From contig JAUWXM010000002.1 in the NCBI GenBank assembly GCA_030616365.1, positions 1 through 45,758 of the forward strand: a stretch of 45,758 bases of DNA. The letters are read 5' to 3'. The position numbers and the translations under genes are program-made. Shown here piece after piece: positions 28,023-35,612 of the stretch (position 1 is the stretch's first letter; the number at the start of each line of letters is the position of its first letter). Under the pieces are notes generated by a model. The model was not told the origin of the DNA. It did no database searches and worked only from the letters and a program-made list of their open reading frames with translations. The stretch is from a bacterium (GTDB lineage: Bacteria; UBP18; UBA7526).

Positions 28023-28645
28023 ACCTCGAGCTATACGTTATTATCGATAGAAAGATGATAAAGGATAGATCGCCCATTCAGGTAGCAAGGGAAACAATTA
28101 CAGGAGGAGCAACCGCTATCCAGTTGAGGGGGAAGGATATGGAGAGCAGGGATTTATGTACTCTGGCCTCCTCCCTTAAAAAGATAGTCAAAAAAGGGAG
28201 GGCGTTATTTCTAATTGACGATCGGGTAGACATCGCTTTAGCCGTAGACGCTGATGGAGTACATTTAGGAAGTGATGACCTCCCAATAAAGATAGCAGGA
28301 AAGCTTTTAGGGAAGAAAAAGGTTATCGGAGCTACGGTGCGCAATCTCTCTCAAGCACTAAAGGCCCAAAGGGAAGGAGCAGGCTATCTCAGCCTGGGAC
28401 CCATCTTCTCTACTAAGACGAAGAAAGACCTACCCCCGCCACGAGGCTTGAAAGCAATTACCCAGATTAAGAAGAAGATTAGAATTCCCTTGATCGCTAT
28501 CGGTGGCATAAATAGGGATAATGTGGCCAGTGTAATAATGGCCGGGGCAGATGGGATAGCGGTGGTCTCAGCAGTAATGAGAACAGAGAATGTCCGAGAA
28601 GCTACCAGGGAATTATTGTTTAGGATTAGAGAGGTCAAGAGATGA
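28019..28645 (+). CDS. thiE: Thiamine-phosphate synthase
   Basis: TMP-TENI motifs: IQLRGKD, LIDDRVDIALAVDADGVHLG, GATVRN, YLSLGPIFST.TK, IAIGGI and GIAVVSA. Confidence 0.9.
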   Translation: MNLELYVIIDRKMIKDRSPIQVARETITGGATAIQLRGKDMESRDLCTLASSLKKIVKKGRALFLIDDRVDIALAVDADGVHLGSDDLPIKIAGKLLGKKKVIGATVRNLSQALKAQREGAGYLSLGPIFSTKTKKDLPPPRGLKAITQIKKKIRIPLIAIGGINRDNVASVIMAGADGIAVVSAVMRTENVREATRELLFRIREVKR

Positions 28646-29913
28646 CTCAGTTAACTGAAGCCAGGAAGGGCAGAATAACAAGCCAGATGCGCTATGTCGC
28701 CAAACAAGAAGGTCTGAAGCCTGAGATAATAAGAAAAGGCATAGTAAAAGGAGAGATAGTCATTCCGGCAAACATCAGGCGAAAAAAGATTAGATGGTGT
28801 GGAATCGGCAAGGGATTGAGAACAAAGGTAAACGCCAATATCGGAACCTCTCCTCAAATGGTGAATATCAGAGATGAATTAGCCAAACTCAAAGCGGCCC
28901 AAGAGGCAGGTACAGATACCGTCATGGACTTGAGCATCGGGGGAGATCTGAGAAAGATAAGGAGAAGGATTCTAAGCACCACCGATCTACCCTTGGGTAC
29001 CGTTCCCATCTATCAGGCAGCTATTGATACTGTGAAGAGAAAGAAATTTATTGGCCGGATGACGAAGGAGAATATCTTGGAAGTGATCGAAGAGCAGGCT
29101 AAAGATGGTGTGGACTTCATGACCCTTCACGCTGGAGTAACCCAGAAGACCTTAGAGATTTTAAGAAAGAAGAAGAGGATGACGGGCATCGTCAGTAGGG
29201 GAGGGGCCTTTTTGGCAGAATGGATAATTTTTAACAAGAGAGAGAATCCTCTCTATGAAGAGTATGATGAAGTCCTCAAGATTGCTAAGAGGTATGATGT
29301 CACCTTAAGCCTGGGGGATGGCCTGCGACCTGGCTCCCTAGCCGATGCCTCTGATGAGGCTCAGATAGAGGAACTGGTAACCTTGGGGAAGTTGGCAGAG
29401 AGGGCGAGGAAGGTTGGGGTGCAGGTTATGATCGAGGGACCAGGCCATATGCCCTTAGATCAGATAGAGGCCAATGTCGATTTAGAGAAGAGGCTCTGCC
29501 GTGGAGCTCCTTATTATGTCCTGGGTCCATTGACCACGGATGTTGCCAGTGGCTATGATCATATCTCCGGGGCGATTGGTGGAGCCCTGGCTGCCTGGAG
29601 AGGAGCGGACTTCCTATGCTATGTTACTCCTGCTGAGCATCTGAGACTACCCACTGCCCAGGATGTCTGGGAGGGGGTAGTCGTTACCAGGATTGCCGCC
29701 CACAGCGCAGATATCGCTAAGGGAATAAAGGGAGCAAGGGATTGGGATGATGAGCTATCAAGAGCAAGGGGAGACCTAAGATGGAAGAAGATGATTAATC
29801 TTGCCCTGGATACCAAAAAGGCCAAGAGATACCATCCCTCACTAAAGGAAGAGACCTGTACCATGTGTGGTAAATACTGCGCCATAAAAAAGGTGAAGGA
29901 ATACTTTAGATGA
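28642..29913 (+). CDS. thiC: Phosphomethylpyrimidine synthase
   Basis: VNANIGTS, DTVMDLSIGG, VPIYQA, MTLHAGV, IVSRGG, GDGLRPG, MIEGPGH, GPLTTDVA.GYDHI, and the C-terminal CTMCGKYCA cluster. Confidence 0.93.
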   Translation: MTQLTEARKGRITSQMRYVAKQEGLKPEIIRKGIVKGEIVIPANIRRKKIRWCGIGKGLRTKVNANIGTSPQMVNIRDELAKLKAAQEAGTDTVMDLSIGGDLRKIRRRILSTTDLPLGTVPIYQAAIDTVKRKKFIGRMTKENILEVIEEQAKDGVDFMTLHAGVTQKTLEILRKKKRMTGIVSRGGAFLAEWIIFNKRENPLYEEYDEVLKIAKRYDVTLSLGDGLRPGSLADASDEAQIEELVTLGKLAERARKVGVQVMIEGPGHMPLDQIEANVDLEKRLCRGAPYYVLGPLTTDVASGYDHISGAIGGALAAWRGADFLCYVTPAEHLRLPTAQDVWEGVVVTRIAAHSADIAKGIKGARDWDDELSRARGDLRWKKMINLALDTKKAKRYHPSLKEETCTMCGKYCAIKKVKEYFR

Positions 29914-31349
29914 AGATCTTTAAATTACTAAATTATTTAGCTAAGAAGAGAAAAGGAAAGGTCTATCTCGTCGGTGGGTACTTGAGAGACCTGATTCTAA
30001 AAAGGAAGAACAAAGATCTGGATTTCGTCCTTGCCCCCTTAGACGCAAAGCATCTTTCGGGGTTCACTGGCGAACTCACAGGTTTTGTAAAAGAATTTGC
30101 TGAGAAGATAAATGGTACCTTCTTCCTCTTAAACGATAGATACCAGACGAACAGGGTCATTGACAAGAAGAATGGTCTAACCTACGACTTTACCAAGATG
30201 CGTGGGAGATCGATGGAGGAAGATTTGAGGAAAAGGGACTTTACCATCAACGCCCTAGCCCTTGACCTTGAAAAACCCCTTCTCTCAGCGGTTATTAATC
30301 CCTATAAAGGAAAGGAGGATATTAAAAGGAAAATAATTAAGGTAGTTGGTAAAAAAGCATTTACTGACGACCCCTTGCGCCTCCTGCGTAGCATACGCTT
30401 CCGAGCCCTCTTGAATTTTAAAATCGAGGGCAAAACAAGAAAATTGATCTTACAGAAAGCCACGCTACTTAAGAAAGTCTCTGGAGAGAGGATAAGGGAT
30501 GAACTCTTCGGGATCCTGGCCCTGAAGGAGAGCCATCAATTTATAAGAGAATTGGACGAATTGAAACTCCTTACCCAGATCATTCCAGAGATAGAAGCAT
30601 TAAGAAAAACAGACCAGGAGGGCTTCCATCATCTCGATGTCTGGAAACATTCCCTCGAGACCTTAGAGCACACTGAAAAGACACTGGAGGATTTAAAGAA
30701 ACTTTTCCCTAAATTTTACAGAAAGATTGATAAGCACCTGAAAGAGGAAGTGGCGGATAAGCAACCCAGGATCACCCTTTTGAAGTTAGCTACTCTTCTT
30801 CACGATTTAGGAAAACCGCAGACACAGAGCATTACTTCGGAAGGAAGAATGAGGTTCATCGGCCATGAAGAGAAGGGCGCAGAGATGACAGAGGAAATTG
30901 GGAAAAGGCTAAGGCTCTCCCGGAAAGCGATTGAAACTGTAAAGAGAGAGATCCTTCATCATATGCGACCCGGTAATTTGAGTGAAGTTCCCAAGGTGAC
31001 CAATCGGGCCATCTTCAGATTCTTCCGGGACTGTAAGGAAGAGGGGATTGAGACCCTGATTCTATCCTATGGGGATAGATTGGCTGCTTGTGGCCCTCTG
31101 GCTACTCCCCGGATGATTAAGAGACATAGGGAAGTAGTAAAAGAGATGCTCGGGGATTACTATGAGAAAAAGTCCATTGTCAAGCCTAAAAGGTTAGTCA
31201 ATGGGAATGAGATTATGAAAAGGTTTAAACTCTCTCCGGGACCGAAGATAGGGGAAATCTTGGAAGCACTCAGCGAGGCCCAGGTTGAGGAAAAGGTTAA
31301 GACAAAAAAAGAGGCCTTTAAATTCGTTCAGAAGTTATTAACTAATTGA
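29910..31349 (+). CDS. cca: CCA-adding tRNA nucleotidyltransferase with HD domain
   Basis: The head domain has LVGGYLRDLIL...DLDF and RDFTINALA. DPLRLLRSIRF is present. The HD region has FHHLDVWKHS...LLHDLGKP...GHEEKG. The start overlaps the thiC stop (ATGA). Confidence 0.85.
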   Translation: MKIFKLLNYLAKKRKGKVYLVGGYLRDLILKRKNKDLDFVLAPLDAKHLSGFTGELTGFVKEFAEKINGTFFLLNDRYQTNRVIDKKNGLTYDFTKMRGRSMEEDLRKRDFTINALALDLEKPLLSAVINPYKGKEDIKRKIIKVVGKKAFTDDPLRLLRSIRFRALLNFKIEGKTRKLILQKATLLKKVSGERIRDELFGILALKESHQFIRELDELKLLTQIIPEIEALRKTDQEGFHHLDVWKHSLETLEHTEKTLEDLKKLFPKFYRKIDKHLKEEVADKQPRITLLKLATLLHDLGKPQTQSITSEGRMRFIGHEEKGAEMTEEIGKRLRLSRKAIETVKREILHHMRPGNLSEVPKVTNRAIFRFFRDCKEEGIETLILSYGDRLAACGPLATPRMIKRHREVVKEMLGDYYEKKSIVKPKRLVNGNEIMKRFKLSPGPKIGEILEALSEAQVEEKVKTKKEAFKFVQKLLTN

Positions 31350-31411
31350 CCCCGCACCTTTTTCTTGAAAAAATCGTTTAACTTATTTTAGTGACACTTA
31401 AAGGTGCGGGG

Positions 31412-31440
31412 TTGACTTTTTTTGCCTATTGAAGTATAAT
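31412..31440 (+). promoter_or_regulatory. Near-consensus sigma70 promoter upstream of tRNA-Gly
   Basis: TTGACT (31412-31417), a 17-nt spacer, then TATAAT (31435-31440). It lies about 68 nt upstream of the mature tRNA 5' end. Confidence 0.6.
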
Positions 31441-31508
31441 ATTTTATTGGGCGGACGTGATTCCCTGTCCCGCCTTTGGCGGGAAATGGCACCCCGCACC
31501 TTTGTAAT

Positions 31509-31582
31509 GCGGGTGTGATTCAATGGTAGAATATCAGCTTCCCAAGCTGAATACGAGGGTTCGATTCCCTTCACCCGCTCCA
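31509..31582 (+). tRNA. tRNA-Gly (anticodon CCC), CCA encoded
   Basis: Manual cloverleaf. Acceptor GCGGGTG/CACCCGC. D arm ATTC-AATGGTA-GAAT. Anticodon arm TCAGC-TTCCCAA-GCTGA. T arm GAGGG-TTCGATT-CCCTT. Discriminator T, then CCA. Confidence 0.95.
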
Positions 31583-31623
31583 CGAAAAATGGCTACGCCA
31601 TCTCGTGGCAAGCCATTTTGAGT

Positions 31624-31666
31624 GCCCCGTGATGGGCGGAGCGAATTTTACGGGGCATTTTATTTC
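31624..31666 (+). terminator. Candidate intrinsic terminator after tRNA-Gly
   Basis: GCCCCGT (31624-31630) pairs with ACGGGGC (31650-31656), followed by ATTTTATTT. The loop is long (19 nt), and the element lies only 15 nt upstream of the apt start, so its role is uncertain. Confidence 0.45.
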
Positions 31667-31681
31667 TGCGAAGGAGGTAAG

Positions 31682-32197
31682 ATGAAAAGAGCAAAGAAAT
31701 TGATACGGGATATCAAAGACTTTCCCAAGAAAGGAGTGGTCTTTAAAGATATCACTACTTTACTAAAGGATGGGCCATCCTTCAGAAGGGTCATTGATCT
31801 CATGGCTGCCCGCTACAAGAACAAGAAGATAGACGTGGTAGTAGGGGTAGAGGCCAGAGGATTTATTATGGGTGCCGCTCTGGCCTATAAATTAAAAGCA
31901 GGGGTCATTCCTATTAGAAAGGCAGGAAAGCTCCCCTATAAGACCCATAGGGCAGAGTATGAATTGGAATACGGGAAGGATGCCTTAGAGGTCCACATCG
32001 ATGCCATAAAGCCTGGGGACAAGGTGCTCATTGCCGATGACCTCTTAGCCACTGGAGGAACGGTCAAGGCAGCCATCAATCTCGTCAAGAAATTAAAAGG
32101 GGAGATTGTAGAGGCCACCTTCTTAATCGAACTTACCTTTCTCAAAGGTCGAGAGAAATTAAAGCCCTATAAAGTCTTCTCTCTCATCCAGTATTAA
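31682..32197 (+). CDS. apt: Adenine phosphoribosyltransferase
   Basis: FPKKGVVFKDITTLL, GVEARGF and the PRPP motif VLIADDLLATGGT. The ATG at 31682 follows GAAGGAGG. The upstream extension from 31622 runs through terminator-like hairpins. Confidence 0.92.
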   Translation: MKRAKKLIRDIKDFPKKGVVFKDITTLLKDGPSFRRVIDLMAARYKNKKIDVVVGVEARGFIMGAALAYKLKAGVIPIRKAGKLPYKTHRAEYELEYGKDALEVHIDAIKPGDKVLIADDLLATGGTVKAAINLVKKLKGEIVEATFLIELTFLKGREKLKPYKVFSLIQY

Positions 32198-32287
32198 GTA
32201 AAAAGTAAGAAGTAACAATAATCATTTTAAATTTTTCATTTTGCATTTTGAATTTCAATAAGGCCTGCCCCGCACCATTATCAATAG

Positions 32288-32361
32288 CTCCCCGTAGCTC
32301 AGCTGGACAGAGCGTCCCCCTCCTAAGGGGAAGGTCGAGTGTTCGAATCACTCCGGGGAGG
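32288..32361 (+). tRNA. tRNA-Arg (anticodon CCU), no encoded CCA
   Basis: Manual cloverleaf. Acceptor CTCCCCG/CGGGGAG (C1-G72). TA, then D arm GCTC-AGCTGGACA-GAGC. Anticodon arm TCCCC-CTCCTAA-GGGGA. Variable loop AGGTC. T arm GAGTG-TTCGAAT-CACTC. Discriminator G. Confidence 0.9.
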
Positions 32362-32485
32362 CGGAATGAGATATGGTGCGGGGCCCAGCACCAGAGCAAA
32401 GCTCGGTGCTGGACTAGTCCCGCACCGAAACAAAGTTTCTGGTGCGGGGTAAAAATCCGTCCGGGGGCGCCAGAAGGAAATATAA

Positions 32486-32884
32486 TTGAATAGAAAGAGA
32501 ATAGCAGGCTGGATTTTTCTTGTTAGCGGAATAATGATGCTTATGGGAGTGATAGGACAGATCCAGGATTTTATTCCCAGACTCCTCAAGGCAACAGAGA
32601 ATATAGAGCCCTATATGCGGAATAGAATATTCCTGATAGAGTATCTCTTCCTCTTGGGATTTGGAGCAAATGGTATCTTAGCAATCTGTATCTTCCCTGG
32701 ACTTAAGAGGGGAGAGAGGAGGGTCTGGGGACTGGCCTTTATTCCCACCTTCTATATGTTAATCATGGCCATCTTAATTCCTATCTTCACCCCTCAGGAC
32801 TGGATGCACTCCCTTATCTACACCCTACCCTTTGGCCTGGCTATGTTTATTTCCTTAATCCTCGGCCATAAAGAAATCAAATAA
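32486..32884 (+). CDS. Small integral membrane protein, unknown function
   Basis: 132 aa with four hydrophobic segments. TTG start preceded by GAAGGAAA. No recognisable family motif. Confidence 0.5.
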   Translation: MNRKRIAGWIFLVSGIMMLMGVIGQIQDFIPRLLKATENIEPYMRNRIFLIEYLFLLGFGANGILAICIFPGLKRGERRVWGLAFIPTFYMLIMAILIPIFTPQDWMHSLIYTLPFGLAMFISLILGHKEIK

Positions 32885-32898
32885 TTTTCTCTTAAGTT

Positions 32899-33411
32899 AT
32901 GGTATATAAAATCTTTGCCGATATAATCGTGGTTATGCATTTTGCCTGGATATTGTTTATGCTCCTGGGGTTTATACTCACCTCATGCGGTTTCTTTTCC
33001 ACCTACGTCTTCCCGCTTACGCTAAAGCTTCAGCGGACAGGTCGGACTTCGGCGGACAGATGGAAAAGATTTTTTGATAAGTGGCTCTTTAGGACACTTC
33101 ATCTTTTTGGTATAGCCTATGTCAGCTTTTTAGCCATTCTGGGTAAGTACTGCCCGCTGACCATATGGGAAAATTCCTTAAGGGCGAAGTATGATCCTAC
33201 TCTAACCTATTCTGGTTCGTGTATCGTTCATTATATCGAGAAGTTAATCTATCTGGATGTCAATCTATTAGTGATATTAATACCCACGATATTCATCGCT
33301 ATCTTCACCCTAGTGGTATTTATAATTAAACCGCCGACAAAAGTAAGGAAGCCCTTCGCTTTGCTCAGGAACCTTGTTTTTCACTTTGTTCAAAATAAAA
33401 AGAATATTTAA
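32899..33411 (+). CDS. DUF2784-like membrane protein
   Basis: HFAWILFMLLGF..., then the GKYCPLTIWENSLR motif that I associate with DUF2784. It contains a short Arg-rich segment encoded by a CGGAC repeat (33033-33059). Confidence 0.55.
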   Translation: MVYKIFADIIVVMHFAWILFMLLGFILTSCGFFSTYVFPLTLKLQRTGRTSADRWKRFFDKWLFRTLHLFGIAYVSFLAILGKYCPLTIWENSLRAKYDPTLTYSGSCIVHYIEKLIYLDVNLLVILIPTIFIAIFTLVVFIIKPPTKVRKPFALLRNLVFHFVQNKKNI

Positions 33412-33530
33412 ATGGAGAAAAATTTAATCTTAATTTTGCTTATCCTCCGCTATTTTTAAATTCTTAAGAATTTGGAAACAAGAAATGGAAGAATAATAGG
33501 GAAGGAAGGCAAAGAAGTAGGAAAATAAAA

Positions 33531-33560
33531 TTTGCCCCCATTAAGAGAATATGATAGAAT
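33531..33560 (+). promoter_or_regulatory. Possible promoter of the HTH gene
   Basis: TTTGCC (33531-33536), an 18-nt spacer, then TAGAAT (33555-33560) with an upstream TG (extended -10). Confidence 0.35.
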
Positions 33561-33582
33561 GTGATTGGAAAGGCGTAGATTT

Positions 33583-33789
33583 ATGGCAAAGGAAATTGAG
33601 GAGTTCAGGGAACTTCATAAGATTTACTTATATGTTGATTACAAAATCAGCGATTTAGCAAAGCGATTGAATGTAAGCCGCAAAACGGTTGGGCGTTGGC
33701 TAAGTGGTAAAGCCCAACCAAGCAAGGAACAATTAAAGGAAATAAGAAAATATCTGGATGAGAAAAAGGCAGCACAGAAAACTATTTAA
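33583..33789 (+). CDS. Small helix-turn-helix DNA-binding protein
   Basis: 68 aa from the ATG at 33583. The HTH is ISDLAKRLNVSRKTVGRWLSG. The gene is isolated, with its own promoter-like and terminator elements. Confidence 0.55.
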   Translation: MAKEIEEFRELHKIYLYVDYKISDLAKRLNVSRKTVGRWLSGKAQPSKEQLKEIRKYLDEKKAAQKTI

Positions 33790-33815
33790 GTAATAGTCAT
33801 TTGTAGATTATAAAC

Positions 33816-33846
33816 AAGCAGGGGAGTTTTAAACCCTGCTTTTTTG
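33816..33846 (+). terminator. Intrinsic terminator of the HTH gene
   Basis: AAGCAGGG (33816-33823) pairs with CCCTGCTT (33834-33841), followed by a T-run up to 33845. Confidence 0.65.
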
Positions 33847-33865
33847 TTTAACGGGGGGCAGGCAG

Positions 33866-33960
33866 GTTATTTCTGAACAAAGTGAAGAAAGAGACAACTT
33901 GCTTGGCTCATTTCTGAGCATCAGTGAAGAAAGAGACAACTTGTTTGACTCATTTTTAGC
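33866..33960 (+). repeat. 42-bp tandem repeat, about 2.3 copies
   Basis: Copy 1 is 33881-33922 (agtgaagaaagagacaacttgcttggctcatttctgagcatc). Copy 2 starts at 33923 with 3-4 mismatches. A partial copy (ttatttctgaacaa) precedes copy 1. Confidence 0.75.
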
Positions 33961-34592
33961 CCATTTTAATAATTTTGGCCTATGAAAGCCCAGGATCCCC
34001 AAATTTGGCCATACCAAACCCTAGGTATATTGAGAAAAGGCCCTTAGAGGCGATTCTCGTGCGTCCTACGCCGATGTTAATGCTCTGGCTAGGCTCTTAT
34101 TTTAGGGGTATTTGGTAATGAGCAGGGGGCAGTAAGAAAAAATTGGATTTTGGTGGGGAAGTCTTTGATATAAGTTACGAATGACGAGTTATGAGTTATG
34201 CGTGAGAGATGAATGATTATATTTCTGCTAAGTCCAATTATTATAAGGGGTTAGTGGGTTCTTATTCCTTAAAATTCTTAGTACCAGTAGGGGATTATTC
34301 TCGAAAAGGGGCTATTTTTGTGGATGTCGCACTGGTAGTGATAACATATCTTATGTAAACTTCATAGCATTTCAACAAGCATAAAATGAGCAGAAATAAG
34401 CATAATACAAGGGTTTATGATTTCCTTTCTCTGAGGCCATTTTCCTTAAAGTAATTTCTCAAGTTAAATAACGTAACTACTTGATCTCTCCGCAGTTTAG
34501 AATTTTATCATTTCCCTGCTGTAATACCTATTTTTACAGCAAAATATCGTAGAGAAGGTAGCGATTGGGCTATTTAAATCATTTTTGAGGGC

Positions 34593-34635
34593 AATAAAAA
34601 ATGCCGACCCATCCTTTTATATAGATATTCGGCAT
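34593..34635 (-). terminator. Possible terminator downstream of the nucleotidyltransferase gene
   Basis: On the minus strand, ATGCCGA and TCGGCAT pair, followed by TTTTTATT. The loop is 21 nt, so this is weak. Confidence 0.3.
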
Positions 34636-34705
34636 CTTAAAATGCTTATTCAGTGATTAATTAGGCCAAAACAGCCATTTAGCCCATATCAAACCATTAC
34701 TACTT

Positions 34706-35566
34706 CTAAAAAAGGCCCTTGGAGGCGATTTTTGAGGCTTCTTCGAGGCTTTTCAGGCTTCCCACCTCATGCCAGAACTCCCCTGTCAGGTATCCGAAGA
34801 GGGGATCTCCCTTCTTAAGCATCTGGAGGTATACCCTTTCCAGACCGTAGAATTTATTAGGCGGGATATACTGCAAGACCCTTGGCTCTAAAATAACGAT
34901 CCCAGTATGGGCCGCTTTAGTCGCTGGTTCTTCGCTTTTATATTTGTTTAAAAACTGGCAGACCCTTCCCTGATCATCTAACCCAATGACTCCATACCTC
35001 CGAGGATTCTTAGTTTTCTTTAAGATCATAGTGGCTAAAGACTTCTTATTTTTATGGAAAGCAAGGGCTTTTTTAATATCTATAGTGGTTAAAGAGTCGC
35101 AGGCAGTAACCAAGAAGGTTTTCTTTAACTCCTTCTCTTTCTTCTTTAAGGCCCCAGCGGTACCCAGAATATTCTTCTCGTAGGAATAAGTAATCTTTAG
35201 ACCAAACTCCCCTCTCCTAAGATATCCCCTTCGGGGATACTTCCATAGGGGTTTCACCCCTCTGGCGGTCGGCAAAGGCATGCCTTGCCTCCCTGTCACC
35301 CTCCTGGGGGGAAGCAGATTCTTTCCCCCAGACCCCCTAATCCGCGTGGGAATTTTAACAAATTCCGATGCGCTGAGATATCTCTTAATCATATCTGGCA
35401 TATAATGAAGATTGATAATGACCTCTTTTATTCCTTGATTAGCCAACCACTCTAAGACATAGTCTATGACTGGTCGGCCCTTAACTTCGATTAATGGTTT
35501 TGGTTTCTTAAATGTTAAAGGCCGCAGTCTGGTTCCCAGTCCCGCGGCCAGTATAAAGGCTTTCAT
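34706..35566 (-). CDS. Sugar-1-phosphate nucleotidyltransferase carrying a 52-aa in-frame insertion
   Basis: N-terminal AAGLGTRLRPLT..KPKPL, then ...INLHYMP...YL, then after the insert GLKITYSYEKNILGTAGAL. Residues 70-121 are an R/G/P-rich segment encoded by GC-rich hairpin DNA. Confidence 0.8.
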   Translation of the reverse strand: MKAFILAAGLGTRLRPLTFKKPKPLIEVKGRPVIDYVLEWLANQGIKEVIINLHYMPDMIKRYLSASEFVKIPTRIRGSGGKNLLPPRRVTGRQGMPLPTARGVKPLWKYPRRGYLRRGEFGLKITYSYEKNILGTAGALKKKEKELKKTFLVTACDSLTTIDIKKALAFHKNKKSLATMILKKTKNPRRYGVIGLDDQGRVCQFLNKYKSEEPATKAAHTGIVILEPRVLQYIPPNKFYGLERVYLQMLKKGDPLFGYLTGEFWHEVGSLKSLEEASKIASKGLF

Positions 35567-35612
35567 CTACTTTCCTACTTTCCTACTTTCTTACTTTCCT
35601 ACTCTTATACTC
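35567..35612 (-). repeat. Intergenic spacer made entirely of tandem octamers
   Basis: The minus strand reads TAA-gagtataa gagtagga aagtaaga aagtagga aagtagga aagtag-ATG. The unit is the same as at 22126-22141 on the plus strand. Confidence 0.85.

Noticed and set aside
31398-32589. Listed ORFs 31398-31583 (-), 32184-32399 (-), 32248-32493 (+) and 32323-32589 (-)
   Set aside because: They run through the tRNA-Gly and tRNA-Arg genes and the CCCCGCACC hairpins. They have no RBS or family motifs and have a composition typical of translated structured RNA.
33866-33960. A possible mini-CRISPR array, read as a 21-nt repeat agtgaagaaagagacaacttg with 21-nt spacers
   Set aside because: The supposed spacers are themselves about 80% identical to each other. 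This is therefore a 42-bp tandem repeat, not repeat-spacer architecture. There are only about 2.3 copies and no cas genes.
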